From Pseudomonadota bacterium (GTDB taxonomy: Bacteria > Bdellovibrionota_B > Oligoflexia > Silvanigrellales > Silvanigrellaceae): a stretch of DNA of 64,000 nucleotides. A program made the translations under genes and the position numbers. Positions within the stretch are counted from its first letter, which is position 1. Every line of letters starts with the position of its first letter. Shown one piece after another: positions 58,168-64,000 of the stretch. The notes beneath the pieces were generated by a model. It made no database searches. It was not told where the DNA came from and saw nothing but the letters and a program-made list of their open reading frames with translations. The stretch covers positions 192,001 through 256,000 of the forward strand of contig JBDLRP010000021.1 in the NCBI GenBank assembly GCA_039799905.1. Reading direction: 5' to 3'.

Positions 58168-59151
58168 TCACCAGCGGACCACAGGCGGCAGCGAAGCAAA
58201 GATCGCCTCGATATTTCCGCCCGACATCAAACCAAAACGAGTCCCGCGATCATGTATCAAATTGAATTCAGCGTAGCGGCCGCGCCAAAAGAGATGCTGT
58301 TCCTTTTGCGCGTCCGTAAACGGCATACCAACTCTGCGCTGCAAAATTTCCGCGTACATGTGTGCGAACGTTTGACCGGTGCCCAGCAACAGACCCAAAT
58401 CATCCTCACCCGACACATTCAAATAATCAAAGAATATTCCCCCGACGCCGCGGGTTTCACCTCTGTGCGGAATAAAGAAGTATTCGTCACACCATTTCTT
58501 GAACTTACCGTAGTCGCCCAGTGGGTGTTTGTCGCACACATCTTTGAAACCGGCATGAAAGCTTTCGGTGTCTTCCTGAAAGCGCTGCATTGGTGTCAAA
58601 TCACCGCCGCCACCTATCCAAAACAGAAGACGGTCGCCTGAGCCCACCTTCAGCATGCGGATGTTCATATGAGCAATTGGAGCATTTGGATTGTAGGGGT
58701 GACAAATCAGCGAGACACCGGCCGCCAAAAAAGGCTGACCGGAGTATTCTTTCTCTATTGATGGATAAGACGGCCCCCAAACGACACTCATGTTCGCAGC
58801 AGCTTTTTCAAGCACAGGGCCGCGCAGAATACTCATAACGCCGCCACCCTGCGGTGAGCCGTCATCACCGGTTTTGTTCCACGGCTTGATGGTGAGTTCA
58901 GCTTTAGGGTCGATGGTTTTGAAAACAGTTCGGTTCAAATTGCGAACAAAAGTCAGCAGGCTGAGTTCGCGTGCCGAGATTCGCTTTCCGAGAACAGGCT
59001 CAGCAATTTTTAAAATCGGATCTGCCGAATCCGTTGGCACTTGCATCACTTCTGCAAGCGGACGCAGCGGATTTGCGGCTTTGAAGGCGATAAATCTTTC
59101 AGGCGCGCCCTGAGCTTCAGCAAGAGCAGCTTGATCAGCAGACGACGACAT
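58168..59151 (-). CDS. hemF: Oxygen-dependent coproporphyrinogen III oxidase
   Basis: HPYNPNAPIAHMN, GGGDLTP, WCDEYFFIPHRGETRGVGGIFFD and RGRYAEFNL motifs; GGGAGG before ATG 59151. Confidence 0.93.
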   Translation of the reverse strand: MSSSADQAALAEAQGAPERFIAFKAANPLRPLAEVMQVPTDSADPILKIAEPVLGKRISARELSLLTFVRNLNRTVFKTIDPKAELTIKPWNKTGDDGSPQGGGVMSILRGPVLEKAAANMSVVWGPSYPSIEKEYSGQPFLAAGVSLICHPYNPNAPIAHMNIRMLKVGSGDRLLFWIGGGGDLTPMQRFQEDTESFHAGFKDVCDKHPLGDYGKFKKWCDEYFFIPHRGETRGVGGIFFDYLNVSGEDDLGLLLGTGQTFAHMYAEILQRRVGMPFTDAQKEQHLFWRGRYAEFNLIHDRGTRFGLMSGGNIEAIFASLPPVVRW

Positions 59152-59241
59152 TGGAGCCCCTCCCAAACATGGGAGAAGCTTAAATTGTCCGAAGTCAAAA
59201 GACTATCATCTGATCGACGTCAAGAAGGACCGCAACACGAC

Positions 59242-59982
59242 TCAATAGAAACGCACTTCGCCATCGAGGGTTTGCCGGTGACGAAACCGTTCTGCCTCAA
59301 ATGAGAACATCCTTGGTGGACGATACGCCATGCCGCGCGGACGATGGGGCGATTCGGAAAGGATATCCAGCGACTCAATCTTTTTGCGGAAGTTTCGAAC
59401 ATCCATAGGACGGTTGAGAATTGCCTCAAAAACTCTCTGAAGTTCACTGAGAGAAAATTCATGCGCCAAAAAAGCAAATGCCACTGTCTCAAAGCGGCTG
59501 CGTCTGCGCAGCTCAGTGAGCGCAGCCTGAGCCAGTTCGCGGCTGTGGGGTGCAAGAAGCTCAGACTGTTCGTGGACTTCAATGAAGCGGTAATTGTCCA
59601 TTCCGGCAGTCGCAACGAATTCGAGGTCATTGGGAGAAGCAACTGTAAAGTAACAGATCTCGATTCGCTTTTCCGTATCAGTTGAGGAATCGGCAGATCC
59701 ATCAAAGGCACCCACCTGAAAAAAATTCGAGAGCTCAAGCGGAAGGCGCGAGCGAATCACCTCGCGGGCCGTGGCCTGCAGATTGTCGGTAAATTCGAAG
59801 GGAAGAGATGGCAAATGATACCGCTCCGCATCACCGCCGGAGCGCACCGCAAGCAGACGCAATCTTGCGCCGTCAAAGGAAAACACGACTGTCGTAACAA
59901 GCAATCCCGCCTGCATCAAACCCGCAGTTGATCCTGCAGGAACTTTTCCGCGTGCTGCTACAAGTTCTGTTCGCATTTCCAT
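59242..59982 (-). CDS. NrtR-like transcriptional regulator (degenerate Nudix plus winged HTH)
   Basis: C-terminal EFSLSELQRVFEAILNRPMDVRNFRKKI...RPPRMF is the NrtR wHTH pattern. Confidence 0.8.
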   Translation of the reverse strand: MEMRTELVAARGKVPAGSTAGLMQAGLLVTTVVFSFDGARLRLLAVRSGGDAERYHLPSLPFEFTDNLQATAREVIRSRLPLELSNFFQVGAFDGSADSSTDTEKRIEICYFTVASPNDLEFVATAGMDNYRFIEVHEQSELLAPHSRELAQAALTELRRRSRFETVAFAFLAHEFSLSELQRVFEAILNRPMDVRNFRKKIESLDILSESPHRPRGMAYRPPRMFSFEAERFRHRQTLDGEVRFY

Positions 59983-60069
59983 GGCCTGACCCCGTTGAAA
60001 AGGTTTCCTTGCTCAATCGGCCCATGGAGGAGCTTAAGTCCACAAAAAGCATTGCTCAAGATGTCGAAC

Positions 60070-60109
60070 AAAAAAAGTAACAAGCCGGCTTACGCAGGCT
60101 TGTTACTTT
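60070..60109 (-). terminator. Rho-independent terminator after the transglutaminase-like gene
   Basis: aaagtaacaagcc...ggcttgttacttt stem followed by a U-run on the minus strand. Confidence 0.75.
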
Positions 60110-60127
60110 AGTTGACAGTCAACCTCT

Positions 60128-61879
60128 TTAGCGGCGGATGCTCACCAGTGAAAAATACATCAGGTCGATTTTCATCGCGAAACACATATTCCCAAAACCG
60201 GCGGACAAGCACTTTTCAGAAAACTCGGCGCTGAAGGGTCCAAGTACCGTAGTGCCCTCAAGACAAGCTCCCCATTGCGGATCGTAGGAAGAACCCGACG
60301 GGCATACATCGCTGCCACGCAAAGCGACGTAGACGTCAGTCGACCACAACGAGTCAAAACATCCGGGCATCGATTGGCGCTGGCATTCTTGCAACATCAG
60401 CTGTGTGTAAGGTGCAAAGGCCCTGTAGCCATCTGTGCAGAAACTCACCGGAGAGAAAACCGCAAATGATCCGGCCGGACAATTCAGTGTTCCGGGTCCG
60501 CGGTTGATTGCCGTCGGAGGAACGACAACCGGGTCTGCCGGAGGTGCTGGTGGCGCGGGCGGCGTGTCAACCGGAGCAGCGGGAGTCGGGATTGGCAACG
60601 GCTGAGTCAACACCGGGCCGATCGGTTGATCTGGTAGTGTTGCTGGCGGAACCGTCGGCACAGCCGGAGCGTCGGCGACCGGCGGCACTGTCGGAGTAGG
60701 TGCAGCGGTCGGAACAGGCGGTGGAGTCACGCGCGGCGTGGGCTGCGCCGAGGGCGGCGTTACCACATCCGACGGGGAACCGACGGAGTTCAGATATACA
60801 CTTTCGATAGCGGCATAATATCCGCGAAAGTCTGCCTTTTCCTGAACCCACAAGAAATCGGGACGCTCTTCGCTCAACCAGCGTCCGCCGACAATACGCC
60901 CTAAAGAATCCAATTCGACCGCATACTGATAGCGATATTTCTCGGTTGCAACGCTGCGGCTGTCTCCCAGATGATTCCATTCGGGCCGCTCAATCTCGAC
61001 GATAAAATCAACGTCCGTTTCAACAATCACTTCAGAGACAGCCTGTGGTGCCGCACCCACCGATGCAGCCTGCCTGTAAAGTTCACGCGATGAGTATCCG
61101 TAGATTGGAAAATTCCAAACCTCGTTGCCGTTGCTGAGGTCGGCAACCACAGTCTGGCCTTGTCGGCCGACGAGGTTGGTCAAAATCAAATGAAACGATC
61201 CGGCATTCGTATCGCGACACGCTGCGGTGTTCCTCAATTGCGGACTGCTGGTCAGATCGATCTCACAGCGCTGTCCGAGAACTTTTGCCACAGGCATAAA
61301 AACAACGCCCTGTGCGTATGCGAGAAGCGCTTTCACGTCGCTGCTTCCGAAAGGAATTTCGATTCCTGTCGAGCTTTTTATGGTGACAGCTTTGGGCTCG
61401 TCAAAATTCAAAGTTGCCGAAGCCCAGCCGTGACACAAGCCGTACCATTGCGGCATTGCAGGGTGCGTTCTCATCAGTTCGGCCTGAACCGTCGGAAAGT
61501 CGAACCGGCCCATCAGGATGTCATACTTTTCAGCTGGTGAAAGTGCCGCGATCTGCTCGGGTGACATATCACGCACTTCCGACTCGGAGGGGCGCTGTGT
61601 GGAGAATGGTGTTTGCGTTCCGTTTCGCCAGCGCAGAGCGATACCGCCAAGGTTGCTTGGCCAGTAAATATCGCTCCACGGCACTCGGACCGATGAGCCT
61701 GCAGGCGGGAGTTCGTTGAAAACAACCACCGAACCGGCATCCAACTGGGCCGGATTGTTGTAGTCATCCCAAGCCTCTTGAACCTTGTCTCGGGAGATCT
61801 TCGGGCTGCTATCACAACCGCTTTGCATGTTCACAAAAAACATCAACAATAACGAACACGTGCCAGCTTTGCAGCGCAT
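60128..61879 (-). CDS. Transglutaminase-elicitor (GP42-like) family protein with Pro-rich linker and Cys-rich C-terminal repeats
   Basis: PWSDIYWP, LSPAEKYD, WYGLCHGW, DVKALL, DTNAGSFH, VWNFP, YQYAVELD...IVGGRW and PDFLW motifs; possible lipobox QSGC. Confidence 0.75.
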   Translation of the reverse strand: MRCKAGTCSLLLMFFVNMQSGCDSSPKISRDKVQEAWDDYNNPAQLDAGSVVVFNELPPAGSSVRVPWSDIYWPSNLGGIALRWRNGTQTPFSTQRPSESEVRDMSPEQIAALSPAEKYDILMGRFDFPTVQAELMRTHPAMPQWYGLCHGWASATLNFDEPKAVTIKSSTGIEIPFGSSDVKALLAYAQGVVFMPVAKVLGQRCEIDLTSSPQLRNTAACRDTNAGSFHLILTNLVGRQGQTVVADLSNGNEVWNFPIYGYSSRELYRQAASVGAAPQAVSEVIVETDVDFIVEIERPEWNHLGDSRSVATEKYRYQYAVELDSLGRIVGGRWLSEERPDFLWVQEKADFRGYYAAIESVYLNSVGSPSDVVTPPSAQPTPRVTPPPVPTAAPTPTVPPVADAPAVPTVPPATLPDQPIGPVLTQPLPIPTPAAPVDTPPAPPAPPADPVVVPPTAINRGPGTLNCPAGSFAVFSPVSFCTDGYRAFAPYTQLMLQECQRQSMPGCFDSLWSTDVYVALRGSDVCPSGSSYDPQWGACLEGTTVLGPFSAEFSEKCLSAGFGNMCFAMKIDLMYFSLVSIRR

Positions 61880-61948
61880 GAAAAGGCCCCCTGTTTTTCA
61901 ACATGGGGCTGGGCTATTGCCATCTGCAGGGTGCGTCAACAGAAATTA

Positions 61949-63556
61949 TCAATGCTGCTGGGGAGACAACAACTGCCGCAGAGCCTCAGTTGTCTTTTTG
62001 GGATCGTGTCGCGCCAGATAGAGAATCTGCTCTTTGTGGGACAACTTCTCGAACGGAACTTCTTCCTGCACCTGAACGCGTTTAGCTGCGGATCCGGAGC
62101 GCTCCAGTTCGTAGTCGGCGATAGCCAGTTGCTCATCCGAACGTTTGTCCGGATCGAATGTCAACCAGCGGAAGTATGGTCTCAACAGCGCGAAATAGAG
62201 GAAAATCATCGCCAGCACTGAAACCGATGCAATGATCCCCGTCTGAATCAGCGAAGTCTTGCGCGCCGTGAGCGATGCCGCCTCTGCCACAGCCATTTCG
62301 TCCATCTCGAACGGAGCGTTTTCGACCGTGATGGTGTCACGCCCTTCTTGAAAACCAATGGCATTTTTGACCAGCTTGGTGATCATGGCCACTTCTTCGT
62401 TCGTCCTTGCGACGTATTTTCCATCAACCAATTTTCCATCAACAAGCACTGCGGTGGAAATCTTTTTGAGTGATCCGACGGGCTCAATAATCTTGCTGAC
62501 CGTGCGCTTGACATCGAAATTGAGAGTTTCCATCGTCTGTTTGTTGCTGCTTGAACTCCCGCCACCCGTCGTGTCCTCTTTCTCGCCCGGAAGATTACTT
62601 TTGGCGCCGGGTACTCCTGTCGGATTGAGACCCTGCCCCTGCGACGATTGTTCGTTCTTTTGCGAACCAAGAACAACAGTGCGTTCGGGGTCAACATCCT
62701 GCACGGTCGTCTCGATCTTCTTGAAATCAACCTCGGCCTGAACCTTGGCAACGACCTTGTTATGACCAACAACGCGACCCAGTATCTCGCGGATGCTGGT
62801 TTCGAGTTCCCGCTCCACGCGCTTCTGATACTCTCGCTGCGCACTGGTTACCCGATCGAGTCCGCCGTCTTCCTCTTCGGGCTTGGTCAGCATGTTGCCG
62901 AGTTCATCGACGATCGCGATATTCTGCGGCTCCAAGCCTTCAACAGCACGGGCAACCAGATGCAGAATACCCTGCACCTGTTTTGGACTGAGCTGTTTTC
63001 CGGGCTTCATTCGGAGCATGATGCTGGCTGTCGTCGGCTTGCGATCTTGCGTAAAAATTGCAGGGTCCGGCATCACTATATGCACTCTGCTCGACTCAAC
63101 CGGATCGAGTTTGTTGATGCTGCGAGACAATTCCCCTTGAACAGCACGCAGCTTGCTGATGCGCTGATCAAAATCGGTCATGCCGAACGAACGGTCGTCG
63201 AACTTTTCCCAACCAGTCGAGACACCATTGCTGGGCAATCCCTCTTGGGCAAGAATCATCTTGTATTCGTTCAACTTAGTATCTGGAAACAGCAGTGTCT
63301 CACCTTCAATTTTGAAGTCCTGAACGTTTTGCTTCTTGAAGAGAGCAAGAATTGAAGTGCGGTCTTCATGTGAAAGATTGGAATAAGCAATTTCATAGTT
63401 GGAATCTGGACGGTAAAATGCGACCGCCAGCAAAATAGAAAAGACCGATGCGACACCGACAAGCAACGCAATTTTGCGTCCAGTCGTCAGTCCCTTGTAG
63501 AATACAGCCGACTGCGAACGGAATTGATCGAAGAATGTCTTTAAGCGCTCAAACAT
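61949..63556 (-). CDS. fliF: Flagellar MS-ring protein FliF
   Basis: GWEKFD, FGMTDF, RAVQGELSRSI, RVHIVMP, GVPGAKSN and NAIGF motifs. Confidence 0.95.
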   Translation of the reverse strand: MFERLKTFFDQFRSQSAVFYKGLTTGRKIALLVGVASVFSILLAVAFYRPDSNYEIAYSNLSHEDRTSILALFKKQNVQDFKIEGETLLFPDTKLNEYKMILAQEGLPSNGVSTGWEKFDDRSFGMTDFDQRISKLRAVQGELSRSINKLDPVESSRVHIVMPDPAIFTQDRKPTTASIMLRMKPGKQLSPKQVQGILHLVARAVEGLEPQNIAIVDELGNMLTKPEEEDGGLDRVTSAQREYQKRVERELETSIREILGRVVGHNKVVAKVQAEVDFKKIETTVQDVDPERTVVLGSQKNEQSSQGQGLNPTGVPGAKSNLPGEKEDTTGGGSSSSNKQTMETLNFDVKRTVSKIIEPVGSLKKISTAVLVDGKLVDGKYVARTNEEVAMITKLVKNAIGFQEGRDTITVENAPFEMDEMAVAEAASLTARKTSLIQTGIIASVSVLAMIFLYFALLRPYFRWLTFDPDKRSDEQLAIADYELERSGSAAKRVQVQEEVPFEKLSHKEQILYLARHDPKKTTEALRQLLSPQQH

Positions 63557-63622
63557 CGTTCCTCAACCCACCCAAAAACGTACAATTAAAAAAAATACGA
63601 ATTTCGATAAAACACGGAAAAT

Positions 63623-63961
63623 TCAGACCTGCATGCGCATGACGTCCTGATAGGCCTCGATGGCCTTGTTCCTCATCTGGACAAGCATGTTGAATCCAAG
63701 CTCCGCTTTAGACATGGACAACATAGTTTCATGAATGTTGCTTGACTTGCCAGTTGCGAGATCCATGCTCGCCTTGTCGCTTTCACGCATGCTCTTGTTG
63801 ACGTCGGAAAGCCCCTCTTTGAGCAGATTGAGAAACTCGCCTGTTTCTCCCGCACCATCGACGCCTGACGACTTTTTACCTGCGGAACTGCCGCCCAATG
63901 AGCGGAGGTCCGAATCAATTGAACCCAAGTCCATAGGCTTGGAAGTTGCACTGCGTATCAT
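63623..63961 (-). CDS. fliE: Flagellar hook-basal body protein FliE
   Basis: IHETMLSMSKAE...RNKAIEAYQDVMRMQV. Confidence 0.95.
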   Translation of the reverse strand: MIRSATSKPMDLGSIDSDLRSLGGSSAGKKSSGVDGAGETGEFLNLLKEGLSDVNKSMRESDKASMDLATGKSSNIHETMLSMSKAELGFNMLVQMRNKAIEAYQDVMRMQV

Positions 63962-63972
63962 CCGTCAGCTCC

Positions 63973-64000
63973 TTATCCGCGACCAATGTTGATTGCGGTG
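63973..64000 (-). CDS. flgC: 3' end of an upstream gene, probably flagellar rod protein FlgC (partial)
   Basis: Reads ...TAINIGRG-stop just before the fliE RBS; matches the usual FlgC terminus and flgC-fliE-fliF order. Confidence 0.6.

Noticed and set aside
60111..60123. Palindrome GTTGAC-A-GTCAAC as an NrtR operator
   Set aside because: Half-site orientation is opposite to GT-N7-AC, and it sits between a stop codon and its terminator.

Overview
Gene-dense chromosomal window, probably from a Bdellovibrionota/Oligoflexia-type bacterium. This is inferred from gene style: delta-type gspL/M/N, lipoprotein trypsin-like proteases, a transglutaminase-elicitor-like protein and Bdellovibrio-style hypotheticals. 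Contents in order: T2SS-like gspL-gspM-gspN-gspN2 behind a structured leader; a Pro-rich membrane protein, a TPR protein, HAD and Nudix hydrolases; fba, suhB and an rny-like gene; recJ/secF/secD/yajC; an icmF-aminotransferase-acyl-CoA dehydrogenase cluster; murF; tRNA-Arg(CCG) and tRNA-Thr(UGU) flanking two OmpA-like paralogues; serC, PBP1A, a heme-c MCP, a glycogen debranching enzyme and Hsp20; two S1 proteases; kdsD and an SseB-family gene; an in-frame GpmI-MazG fusion with an A10 run in its linker; DsbD, a CcmF-CcmH fusion, hemF and an NrtR-like regulator; a transglutaminase-elicitor-like lipoprotein; fliF, fliE and the 3' end of flgC. No CRISPR array, integrase, transposase or prophage was seen. 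Best leads: the GpmI-MazG fusion with a possible slippage switch, the four-hairpin RBS-sequestering leader of the T2SS operon, the Pep-13-like transglutaminase after fliF, and several apparently disarmed paralogues. All calls come from motif recognition by eye; no database search was run.
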